This document shows positions 29,154-37,828 of a stretch of DNA of 64,000 bases, in pieces. The notes under the pieces are model-generated. The model was not told the origin of the DNA. It was given only the letters and a program-made list of their open reading frames with translations, and did no database searches. A program made the position numbers and the translations under genes. How positions within the stretch are numbered: position 1 is the first letter of the stretch; each line of letters opens with the position of its first letter. The stretch covers positions 607 through 64,606 of the forward strand of contig JAZDKQ010000023.1 in the NCBI GenBank assembly GCA_043802865.1, read 5' to 3'. The DNA comes from Candidatus Moraniibacteriota bacterium. Lineage in GTDB: Bacteria > Patescibacteriota > Minisyncoccia > Moranbacterales > UBA11712.

Positions 29154-30625
29154 ACATTGAATCTCTATTCGCTCACAAAAAGAAATTTCAAACGGACAAA
29201 ATGAAAGTCCCGGCGATTTTGCATTGCTCGGACAATCTTTTGCCGAACGAAAAAACTCTCGCGCAGCTTGAAAATACCGCTTCGCAAGAACATGTTTTTC
29301 ACCACATTGCGGCGCTTTCGGATGTTCACGACAAAAAAGGCCGCAAAAATCCGACCGGGACAGTTGTCGCGAGCGAAAATTTTCTTTTGCCGCAGATCAA
29401 CGACACGGCGCCAAACTGCGGAATGCGGTTTTTGAAAACGAATCTAACAGACGCTGATTTGGCTCCGGAAAATATCAACAAATTATTCAACGCCCTTTTG
29501 AAGCCGGTTCCGACAAAAGCCTACGTCGGATCGAAAATTCCATATTCTCTTGTCGTGGATATATGCCGGCACGGACTTAAGCCGGTGACGGAATATTTCA
29601 AGACGCGAACAAAAAATGAGATCAAAAATACTTTCAAGGGCGGAAATTTTTTTTCCGCCGAAGGCGGATCCGCCTCTGGCGGAGACATACCCAGCAAACA
29701 AGATATCACTGACGCTATTCCCCAGTTGTTTTTGTGGATTGGAAAATTTCGTCTCGGAATTCTTGGAGCGGCAGGAAATCATTTTTTGGATCTCATGAAG
29801 ATATCCGAAATAAAAGATCCTGAAATGGCAGAAAAATTTGGGATCAAAAAAGGACAATATATTTTTATGATGCACACTGGATCAGGACTTTTGGGACAGT
29901 ATGCATCGTACCTGTATACTCCAAAGAAAAAAGAACATACAAGCCAGCGCATTGTGCTTGAACTTGGGAAACTGACATGGCGATCCGGAAAGAAAGATAC
30001 CTACAAGAAAATTGCGAAGAAAATCGCCGAGTATAAAGATAAAGACGAATTTTTCGCCTATGACGCGGAATCCCCCGAAGGAAAAATGTTTTTGACGGCG
30101 CATCAAGCAGCGGGCAATCAAGGATTTGCCAATCGCTGCATTCTCACTCACAATCTTGATCAGACAATTGAAAAAGTTTTGGGAAAAAATCCCGAGCTAG
30201 AACTCCTTTATGACGCGCCGCATATTTTTGTGAATCGCGAAAACCATTTTGGAAAGGATGTTTGGGTGCATCGCAACGGCGCTGTCCGGGCGATTGCCGG
30301 AGAACCCGTTTTCATTCCGTCTTCTATGTCAACTCCTGCCTATCTGGCTGTTGGCACTGATCAGAATGAATCAACATTTTTTTCTGCCGCTCACGGCACC
30401 GGACGACGAAAAAATCCCGAAAGCAACAAAGCCGGGACAAAGGACGAATTGTTCGCGAAAATGCAGCAGCGAAAAGTAAAATTGTTCAACGCCAAATCAA
30501 AAGGTGTGGTTTTTCAGGATTCAGGATATTATAAGGATGTTGAAGAAGTGATCGCCGGAATGGAAGAAAACAAAATCGTGAAACCGGTGGCGAAAATGGA
30601 ACCAATTGCCGTTTTAATGTACTAA
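29150..30625 (+). CDS. rtcB: RtcB-family RNA ligase (divergent), carrying an in-frame family-A element
   Basis: LSDVHDKKGRKNPTGTVVAS (compare MPDVHxGxG), APNCGMRF (compare DINCGVRL), HTGSGLLGQ, HRNGAVRA, PSSMSTPAYLAVGT, AAHGTGRR. Confidence 0.65.
   Translation: MNIESLFAHKKKFQTDKMKVPAILHCSDNLLPNEKTLAQLENTASQEHVFHHIAALSDVHDKKGRKNPTGTVVASENFLLPQINDTAPNCGMRFLKTNLTDADLAPENINKLFNALLKPVPTKAYVGSKIPYSLVVDICRHGLKPVTEYFKTRTKNEIKNTFKGGNFFSAEGGSASGGDIPSKQDITDAIPQLFLWIGKFRLGILGAAGNHFLDLMKISEIKDPEMAEKFGIKKGQYIFMMHTGSGLLGQYASYLYTPKKKEHTSQRIVLELGKLTWRSGKKDTYKKIAKKIAEYKDKDEFFAYDAESPEGKMFLTAHQAAGNQGFANRCILTHNLDQTIEKVLGKNPELELLYDAPHIFVNRENHFGKDVWVHRNGAVRAIAGEPVFIPSSMSTPAYLAVGTDQNESTFFSAAHGTGRRKNPESNKAGTKDELFAKMQQRKVKLFNAKSKGVVFQDSGYYKDVEEVIAGMEENKIVKPVAKMEPIAVLMY
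29653..29684. repeat. family-A element in-frame in rtcB
   Basis: TTCCGCCGAAGGCGGATCCGCCTCTGGCGGAG encodes SAEGGSASGGD. Confidence 0.7.
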
Positions 30626-30629
30626 AAAA

Positions 30630-31238
30630 TTGAAACTAATCACCCTTTCCGGGCTTGACGGTTCCGGGAAGTCGACGCAAATTGAATTGTTGAAAGAATT
30701 TCTTGAAAAACAAGGGAAAAGTTTTTTCTATTTCCATGGCGCGGGCTTTTCTGTGTCTTCGTTGTACAAAATATTCCCTATATTTTCGTGGAAGAAAACC
30801 AAAGAAAAAAATCGAAGCGACAAGGGTGTCACAAAAGCGAACTGGATTGAGATTCAACTTCGAAAAATTGCTTTGTTTATCGATATATTAAGATTTCGTA
30901 GATTAGCAACAAAGCTAAAAGTCGATTGCATTATCTCCGATCGGTATTTTTATGACAGTGTGGTTAATATGAATTTCCTTTCCGGAAAAAATAGCAAATT
31001 ATGCGCTGAAAAATACATTCCAAAACCCGATTTTGCCTTTTATATAAATGCAAAACCGGAAATTATCATGCAGCGCGAACGAAAGCCGGATCAAGGAGTG
31101 AAATATTTGGTGGCGAAAGAAAAAATATTTGCTGATAAAATCAAGAAATGGAATATGATTGTGGTTGATGGAGAGAAAATAAAAGAAGAAATATTTACTG
31201 AAATAAAGTCAAAAATAAAATGTCTAAATTCCTCGTAA
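30630..31238 (+). CDS. P-loop kinase, thymidylate-kinase-like fold
   Basis: ITLSGLDGSGKSTQ P-loop and DRYFYDS (compare DRY..S of Tmk). TTG start. Confidence 0.45.
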   Translation: MKLITLSGLDGSGKSTQIELLKEFLEKQGKSFFYFHGAGFSVSSLYKIFPIFSWKKTKEKNRSDKGVTKANWIEIQLRKIALFIDILRFRRLATKLKVDCIISDRYFYDSVVNMNFLSGKNSKLCAEKYIPKPDFAFYINAKPEIIMQRERKPDQGVKYLVAKEKIFADKIKKWNMIVVDGEKIKEEIFTEIKSKIKCLNSS

Positions 31239-32719
31239 AATCATTTTTCTGGGTTACTCTTTCGGAGATTATATACAACCTCTCGGCTTATGTCATCCAT
31301 TCCGGAATGGGGCGGATTTTGGGTCCGGCGGAATACGGAAGATACGGAATCGTTGTCACGCTCACGACGATGATCGTCGTTCTCATCGGGCAAGGCGTTC
31401 CGACGGCCATGGCGAAATATCTTGGGGAGATATATGATACGAAACCGGGACTCATTCCAATCATCAAAAAACAAACTGCAAAAATACAGTTTTATTTGAT
31501 CGGCGCGGTAACCATTATTTTCTTTTTTCTCGCTCCAGTGATCTCCCTTGTTCTTCATGACAAGACGCTCACGCCCCTTTTCCAGATTTCAACTCTGGTT
31601 ATTCCCGCTTTTGCTCTGGCTTCATTCTACTTCTACTATTACACCGGCCTGCACGAATTCAAGACGCAAGCATGGCTCAAAACATCGCGAGCTTTTTTCC
31701 GCATTCTTTTCATTCTGGGACTGGCGCTTCTTTTGAAATCAAAAGGTTACGCGCTCGAAGGGGCAATTGTGGGCTATATCCTAGCGCCCCTTTCCATTTT
31801 TTTCGAGGCCAATCTCCTCGACAAATTCAAAAAAATAAAGCCGGAAGGATTTTTTGACTGGCGAAAGCTTGTGCAATATGCCTGGCCGATGACGCTTTTT
31901 CTCATCGCCTATGAATTTTTGATCACGATCGATCTCTATCTCGTGAAAGGAATTTTGCAAAACGACTATTTGACCGGAATATACAACGGCGCCATCACGG
32001 TCGGGCGTATTCCCTATTTTTTGTTTTATGCGCTGACGATCATTATTCTTCCCGTGGTATCAAAATCAACCTCGAGCAACAATCATGCCGAGACCAAAAA
32101 ATTGATCGGACAATCTTTGCGCCTCATGGTGATGTTTCTCTTGCCGATCGCGATCTTGATGGCCGTATATTCTCGGCCGGTTTTGCAAATATTTTATGGA
32201 AATAAATTTCTGGCTGCGGCTGGTCCGATGTCGATCTTGATGGGCGGGGTCGCGTTTCTCACGATCTTCTATGTCATGGCCTTTGTTTTGAACGGCGCCG
32301 GAAAAGTGAAAGCGCCTATGTATATCGCCTTTGCCGGTCTTGCGACGAACATAATCTTGAGCTATTTTCTCATCCAAAAATATGCTCTTGTGGGCGCGGC
32401 AGTCGCCACCTCAATCACTTCTTTTGTTGCAATGGTGTTGATTCTCGCCTATTCCTACAGATTTTTCGGCTATTTGTTCAAATTTTCCAGTTTCGTGAAA
32501 ATTTTGCTCGCTTCGGCAATCATGTACTTCGCCTCAATATTTTTTCCGGAAGGGAAATATATTTTCCTTCTCTGGTCAGCTATTTTATTCGCTATTTATA
32601 TCTTTCTTTTATATATTTTCCGCGAATTCGGCGCATCTGATCTTGAGCTTGTGAAACAACTTCTCGCAAAAAAGAAACTGAAAACCGCCGCCGCCGACGT
32701 GGGAGAAGAGGCTTTGTAG
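31220..32719 (+). CDS. polysaccharide flippase (Wzx/MOP superfamily)
   Basis: About 14 TM helices; 499 aa; sits in the glycan locus. Confidence 0.5.
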   Translation: MSKFLVKSFFWVTLSEIIYNLSAYVIHSGMGRILGPAEYGRYGIVVTLTTMIVVLIGQGVPTAMAKYLGEIYDTKPGLIPIIKKQTAKIQFYLIGAVTIIFFFLAPVISLVLHDKTLTPLFQISTLVIPAFALASFYFYYYTGLHEFKTQAWLKTSRAFFRILFILGLALLLKSKGYALEGAIVGYILAPLSIFFEANLLDKFKKIKPEGFFDWRKLVQYAWPMTLFLIAYEFLITIDLYLVKGILQNDYLTGIYNGAITVGRIPYFLFYALTIIILPVVSKSTSSNNHAETKKLIGQSLRLMVMFLLPIAILMAVYSRPVLQIFYGNKFLAAAGPMSILMGGVAFLTIFYVMAFVLNGAGKVKAPMYIAFAGLATNIILSYFLIQKYALVGAAVATSITSFVAMVLILAYSYRFFGYLFKFSSFVKILLASAIMYFASIFFPEGKYIFLLWSAILFAIYIFLLYIFREFGASDLELVKQLLAKKKLKTAAADVGEEAL

Positions 32720-32768
32720 AAATAAAAAAGCTCCTCTATGCAGAGAAGTTTTTATAAAATATTCGTGC

Positions 32769-33602
32769 TTATTTTTTTGCCAGCTTCACTGTATTCCAAA
32801 GCAGCATCGCAATCGTCACCGGGCCCACTCCGCCGGGGATGGGGGTGATGAAAGATGCTTTTTTGGAGACTGATGCGAAATCTACATCGCCAAAAAGTTT
32901 TTTGCCGACGCGGTTCACGCCGACGTCAATCACGACAACGCCTCTCTTCACCATACTCGCTTTAATAAATTTCGGCTTTCCAACGGCCACGACAAGAATG
33001 TCGGCTTTTTGAGTATAGCTTTTCAAGTTTTTGGTGTGATGATGACAGATCGTGACAGTCGCGTTTCGGTTCAACAGAAATTGCGCCATCGGTTTTCCGA
33101 CGATGTTCGAGCGTCCGACAACAACCGCGTTCTTGCCTTCGATCTTGATTTTATATTCTTCCAATAATTTGACAATTCCCAGCGGTGTGGCCGGTGCGAC
33201 AACCGAATATTGCTCGCCTTCTTGCGCGAATTTTCCAAAATTGAGCGGATGAAGACAATCGGCGTCTTTTCGCGGGTCGATACTCTCAATAATTTTCTTT
33301 TTATCAATATGTTTCGGGAGCGGCAGTTGAACCATAATGGCTGAAACATTTTTGTCTTTATTTAATTTTCCAACAACTGACAGGAGCTTCGCTTCGGAAA
33401 TTTTTGCGGGAAAAATCAGAGTTTGCGAGCCTATCCCCGCTTTTTCGCAAAATATGCCTTTTCGCCGGACATAAATGGCTGAAGCCGGATCATCGCCGAC
33501 CAAGACCATCGCCAAAACAGGTTTGCGCTTCATAGTGGCAACTCTTTTCTTCAGTTGAAGTATGATCTTGTTGGCAAGTTTTGTGCCGTCGAGAATTTTC
33601 AT
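32769..33602 (-). CDS. folD: bifunctional methylene-THF dehydrogenase/cyclohydrolase
   Basis: MKILDGTKLA...VLVGDDPASAIYVRRK and VVVGRSNIVGKPMAQFL. Confidence 0.85.
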   Translation of the reverse strand: MKILDGTKLANKIILQLKKRVATMKRKPVLAMVLVGDDPASAIYVRRKGIFCEKAGIGSQTLIFPAKISEAKLLSVVGKLNKDKNVSAIMVQLPLPKHIDKKKIIESIDPRKDADCLHPLNFGKFAQEGEQYSVVAPATPLGIVKLLEEYKIKIEGKNAVVVGRSNIVGKPMAQFLLNRNATVTICHHHTKNLKSYTQKADILVVAVGKPKFIKASMVKRGVVVIDVGVNRVGKKLFGDVDFASVSKKASFITPIPGGVGPVTIAMLLWNTVKLAKK

Positions 33603-33608
33603 AATAAA

Positions 33609-34034
33609 CTATCTTAGAGGCAATTTTGGCAGACTATTTTTTATTTCCCCTCGTTCATTTTCAAGAGAGGCAATGCGAATGTTCCACGCCTTAGTGTTTT
33701 TGGCAAGCTCTTGTCCGTAAAAAACAAAATTGCTTGAAAGCTGCAATTTGGAGCCAGGTGCCATTGAATGTTCTCCGGCATAGTGATCAAATGCCATTTT
33801 ATCTTCGATGTCTATTTCAACAAGAAATCCATTTCCTTCGGCGAAATCACGAGCGATCTTTTTATTGTCAGTGAAAAATTGTCCCACAGCTATCTCGCGC
33901 AGTTCCTTGAAGCGTTTGATTTGATCCTTTGGGAGATCATCTTCATCGAATTTGGATTGCAAATCCCGGAATTCTTTTTCCAGTTCTTCGGTCAAAAAAA
34001 CCGGTTGTGTTTTATAGCCGCGATATAGCTTCAT
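33609..34034 (-). CDS. hypothetical protein
   Basis: No clear motif. First ATG at 34034 (MKLYRGYK); the track start at 34097 is TTG. Confidence 0.35.
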   Translation of the reverse strand: MKLYRGYKTQPVFLTEELEKEFRDLQSKFDEDDLPKDQIKRFKELREIAVGQFFTDNKKIARDFAEGNGFLVEIDIEDKMAFDHYAGEHSMAPGSKLQLSSNFVFYGQELAKNTKAWNIRIASLENERGEIKNSLPKLPLR

Positions 34035-34158
34035 AACAAAAATATTACAACCCCTTAATACAGTGAAGATTCTTTGCACAATTATTTCACGAACCAAGCA
34101 GATCCTTTGATATTTTCTTGCTTTTTGAGATTTTTGTACATACTTTCCGATCTATTCA

Positions 34159-34344
34159 TTATTTTACAAGTTTTAAATAACTCGGATCATCTTTTTCGAT
34201 GGCCTGCAATATTTCTTCAACGTCTGGTTCTTTCTCCTTACTAAGCGATTTTTGAATTCTCTTGAACATTTCCTTTTCCGCTCGCCTTTTTTGCAGATCA
34301 GCCACTTCAGATGCCTTTTCCCCCTTTTCCATTGTATTGACCAT
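34159..34344 (-). CDS. small charged hypothetical protein (61 aa)
   Basis: ATG start and no overlapping ORFs; K/E-rich. Confidence 0.3.
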   Translation of the reverse strand: MVNTMEKGEKASEVADLQKRRAEKEMFKRIQKSLSKEKEPDVEEILQAIEKDDPSYLKLVK

Positions 34345-34421
34345 ATATTTTCTTTATAAAGTATCCATTCTATGTTAAAATTCTATCAAAGATTCAAACT
34401 TTAGGCAATCATTTTAAACCC

Positions 34422-35219
34422 ATGATCCGATTCGCGGCCATCACTCCTCATCCCACGCTGATCATTCCCTCTATTGGGAAAAGCAATTTGAATTTGGTGC
34501 GAAAAACTGTGAACGCGATGAAGCAGATCGGGGAAAAATTCCGGGCGGTGAAGGCGGATACAATCGTGATTATTTCTCCGCACGGTCCGGTGCAATATGA
34601 CAAATTCATGATTAACTATTCTCCGATGCTCCGCGGCGGCTTGGGGTCGTTCGGCGATCAGCGAAGATTTGTTTTTGAAAACGATCGCGAACTTGTTGAT
34701 GAGATCGTGAAGTTTTCCCGAGAGTCGCATTTACCGGTCGGACTGGTACGCGAGCTCGAGCTTGACCGCGGGGCGCTTGTTCCGCTTCACTATCTGATCA
34801 GTGAAAAAGACGCGGCGTACAATCCACGCTTGATCCATATGTCCTTTTCAATGCTCCCGCTCGAATATCATCTTCGTTTTGGAGAAGTTCTCGGAAAAGT
34901 TCTGCAAGGTTCTTCGAAGATCGTATCCCTTGTGGCGAGCAGTGATCTGTCTCACCGTGTTTCTCAAGGAGCGCCGGCTGGATATTCTCCGCAAGGAAGA
35001 ATTTTTGATCGAAAAGTCGTCGAAATTATTCAGCGAAAAAATATCAAAGGTCTTTTGGATATGGATCCGATTCTCATTGAAGAAGCCGGCGAATGTGGGC
35101 TTCGTTCGATCACTATGTTGCTCGGCGCGATTTCCGGTCTGCGCTGGGAAGCGAAATCTTTGAGCTATGAAGCGCCGTACGGAGTCGGATATCTGACGGC
35201 GAATATCAATATCAAGTAA
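34422..35219 (+). CDS. class III extradiol dioxygenase-like / AmmeMemoRadiSam-B-like protein
   Basis: AITPHPTLIIPSIG and VIISPHGP motifs; about 265 aa. Confidence 0.45.
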   Translation: MIRFAAITPHPTLIIPSIGKSNLNLVRKTVNAMKQIGEKFRAVKADTIVIISPHGPVQYDKFMINYSPMLRGGLGSFGDQRRFVFENDRELVDEIVKFSRESHLPVGLVRELELDRGALVPLHYLISEKDAAYNPRLIHMSFSMLPLEYHLRFGEVLGKVLQGSSKIVSLVASSDLSHRVSQGAPAGYSPQGRIFDRKVVEIIQRKNIKGLLDMDPILIEEAGECGLRSITMLLGAISGLRWEAKSLSYEAPYGVGYLTANINIK

Positions 35220-35225
35220 TTCCAA

Positions 35226-35366
35226 ATCCTCCCCTCCTCAGTTTCCGCCAAAGGCGGATCTGCCCCTGGTTGAGAGGAGGGGGCAGGGGGAGGTGTTGCA
35301 AGAGCGCAGAAAACTCTCAACACCCCTCTGTCCTTCGGACATCTCCCCCCATCTAAGAGGAGAAGG
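35226..35366. repeat. family-B structured element, copy 1, with a nested family-A copy (35242-35268); supplies the priA SD
   Basis: Matches 47317-47430 except for the 27-nt insert TTTCCGCCAAAGGCGGATCTGCCCCTGGT. TIRs are ATCCTCCCCTCCTCA / TGAGGGGAGAAGGAT. The 3' end reads AGAGGAGAAGG 5 nt before the priA ATG. Confidence 0.8.
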
Positions 35367-35370
35367 TTTA

Positions 35371-37326
35371 ATGAAAATTATCTCCGTGAATAAGTATCTT
35401 ATCCAAGTTGCTCCTATCATTCCTCTTCCTGTTAGCCGCACGCAGGTTTTTTCATATTGGCATAGTGAAAATATTTCGCCGGGGACGCTGGTTTCGGCGC
35501 CTTTCTATTTTCGTGATATTCAGGGCATAGTTGTTGGTTCAAGTGAGAAATCTTCAAGGCGAGAATCGCTTGAATTGAAAAATATCAGGTCGGTCATAGA
35601 AGAAAAATTTTTGAACGAAAATCAAATTAAGCTCGCTCGAAAAATCGCCGAATACTATTTCGCGCCACTCGGGTCAGTGCTTAAGCTGATGGTTCCGAAA
35701 GTAGTGAAGCAGAGGGTGAAAAAAACAGGGAAAATCGGCCTGCCCGCAGTGCTTCGCGTAGCGAGGCGGGCGGGCGAGGAAGCGTTGAAAATAATAAATA
35801 GCAAAAAAAATAAATTTCTGTTGATCGGGGGTGGAAAGAAGAGAGAAAAAATAAATGCCGATTTGATCCAAGAATGTCTGAAAAGCGGCAAGCAGTGCCT
35901 CATACTTGCGCCAGAAATATTTTTTTCGCATAATGTTTATGAAAAGCTAAATGCGGAATTTTCCGAAGAGATCGCACTTATCCACAGCCGAATAACAAAA
36001 GGACAATACTATAGTTGGTGGGAAAAAATAAAAACGGGGAAAATAAGAATAATAATTGCCTCAAAACAAGGAATATTTTTGCCTTTTTCCGATTTGGGTC
36101 TCATCATTATTCAAGACGAGCAGGATATTTCATTCAAGCAGTGGGAGTCGATGCCTCGCTACAGCGGAGTGCGGGGGGCGGAATTTTTGGCCGATATCGC
36201 GGGCGCGAAATTGGTTTTGGAAAGCTTCGCGCCGTCGGCCGAGACTTTATATAGGGCGAAAAACCGTGAAATAGAAATAGTTGAAACAAAAATCGATAAA
36301 AGTGACTTTCCGAAGTTTGAGATTGTTTCATTGGAGAAAGAAAAGAAAAATCCGGACTTTCCCATTTCAAACATGCTGTACAGCCGTTTGGCTGAAATCG
36401 TGAACAGCAAAAAACAAGCCGTTGTTTTTGTGAACAGGCGTGGGTTTTCCACCCGCACGACATGCGAAAATTGCAAAAAATTTTTGAAATGTCCAAAATG
36501 CGACCGGGCGCTCATATATTCGGAAGAACAATCGCAATATCGCTGTTTGCACTGCGCCTACAAAATGGAACTCTTCAGCGCCTGCCCGTCTTGCGGCGGA
36601 TTTCAATTTTCGCATCGCGGAATCGGAACGCAAACGGTTGAAAAAAAGATCAAACGGCTTTTCTCTTCGGCGCGGGTTGTTCGTCTCGACGCGGACGCAG
36701 CGAAAAGTTTGGAGAAATACCGAAGCATACTGCAAGATTTTTCGGCGGGCAAAATCGATATTCTTGTCGGCACGCAGTCGGCGATCAAGGGGATATATTC
36801 GGACGGCGTCGAATTGGCCGCTTCGATCTCGGGGCGTGATTTCACGGATGGAATTGAATTCAATTCTCGCGCTCTCGCGCTCTCGCGGTTATTTTATATG
36901 GCGAACTTGCTAAACAAAAATGGAATTTTGACAATCCAATCCTTTTTCGGCGGCAATCCCCTTTTTGACTATTTGGAAAAAAATGAATTGAAAAAATATT
37001 TTGTACGCGAACTTGCAATGCGAAAAAAATTGTCCTATCCTCCGTTTCGCAAATTTGTGAAGCTTGGCTTTCGCGATAAATCCGAAAGAAAGGCCGTGAA
37101 CGAAACGAAAAAAACATTTGACTTGCTGCGAGCGACGAGCAATAATGAGATTGAAATAATCGGCCCGTACGCGGCATTATCACTCCAAAAAAGAGGCTTG
37201 TATCAGCGAAATATTCTTCTGAAATTCGATCCCGAAAAAAACATTGGCGACTTGCCCGTTCGATCTGCGATCGGAGCTCTGCGCAAAGGCTGGTCGGTCG
37301 ATGTTGATCCAGTTTCAATATTTTAG
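35371..37326 (+). CDS. priA: primosomal protein N' (PriA helicase), Walker A apparently degenerate
   Basis: N-terminal 3'-DNA-binding-like domain, Cys-rich zinc region (CENCKKF..CPKCD..CLHCAY..CPSCGG), Walker B-like IIIQDEQD. The Walker A position reads LIGGGKKREK rather than GxxGxGKT. Confidence 0.7.
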   Translation: MKIISVNKYLIQVAPIIPLPVSRTQVFSYWHSENISPGTLVSAPFYFRDIQGIVVGSSEKSSRRESLELKNIRSVIEEKFLNENQIKLARKIAEYYFAPLGSVLKLMVPKVVKQRVKKTGKIGLPAVLRVARRAGEEALKIINSKKNKFLLIGGGKKREKINADLIQECLKSGKQCLILAPEIFFSHNVYEKLNAEFSEEIALIHSRITKGQYYSWWEKIKTGKIRIIIASKQGIFLPFSDLGLIIIQDEQDISFKQWESMPRYSGVRGAEFLADIAGAKLVLESFAPSAETLYRAKNREIEIVETKIDKSDFPKFEIVSLEKEKKNPDFPISNMLYSRLAEIVNSKKQAVVFVNRRGFSTRTTCENCKKFLKCPKCDRALIYSEEQSQYRCLHCAYKMELFSACPSCGGFQFSHRGIGTQTVEKKIKRLFSSARVVRLDADAAKSLEKYRSILQDFSAGKIDILVGTQSAIKGIYSDGVELAASISGRDFTDGIEFNSRALALSRLFYMANLLNKNGILTIQSFFGGNPLFDYLEKNELKKYFVRELAMRKKLSYPPFRKFVKLGFRDKSERKAVNETKKTFDLLRATSNNEIEIIGPYAALSLQKRGLYQRNILLKFDPEKNIGDLPVRSAIGALRKGWSVDVDPVSIF

Positions 37327-37335
37327 GCAAAAAAT

Positions 37336-37794
37336 ATGTTGAAAATAATAAAATATCCAAATAATCTCTTGCGCCGAAAGACGCGGGAAGTCAAAGTTGA
37401 CGAGTTGAAAGACCCAAAAGTCCAGCGGTTGATTTTTGACATGTCGAAAATAATGGAGGTTGAAGAAGGAGTTGGTCTTGCAGCGCCGCAAGTCGGATCA
37501 GATCTCCGGATCTGTGCTATACGAATCGGTGAGGAAGCTTATGTCTTGATCAATCCGAAAATAAAAACTTACTCGCGAAAAAAAGATATTTTCGAAGAAG
37601 GCTGTTTGAGCTTTCCGGGAAAATTTTTTCCGGTCGAGCGGCCGCTCAAAGTGAAAGTTCAAGCGCGAGATGTAGAAGGAAAAAAATTCAAAATCAAGGC
37701 CGACGGTCTTCTTGCCCGCGTGCTTCAGCATGAGATCGATCATCTCGAAGGAATTTTAGTGATCGACCGAGCGATAAAAGGTAAATTGGGGTAA
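37336..37794 (+). CDS. def: peptide deformylase
   Basis: GVGLAAPQVG, EGCLSFPG, HEIDHLEG motifs. Confidence 0.85.
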   Translation: MLKIIKYPNNLLRRKTREVKVDELKDPKVQRLIFDMSKIMEVEEGVGLAAPQVGSDLRICAIRIGEEAYVLINPKIKTYSRKKDIFEEGCLSFPGKFFPVERPLKVKVQARDVEGKKFKIKADGLLARVLQHEIDHLEGILVIDRAIKGKLG

Positions 37795-37828
37795 AATCCT
37801 AACATCCAATGTTAGGAAAATTACGAAA

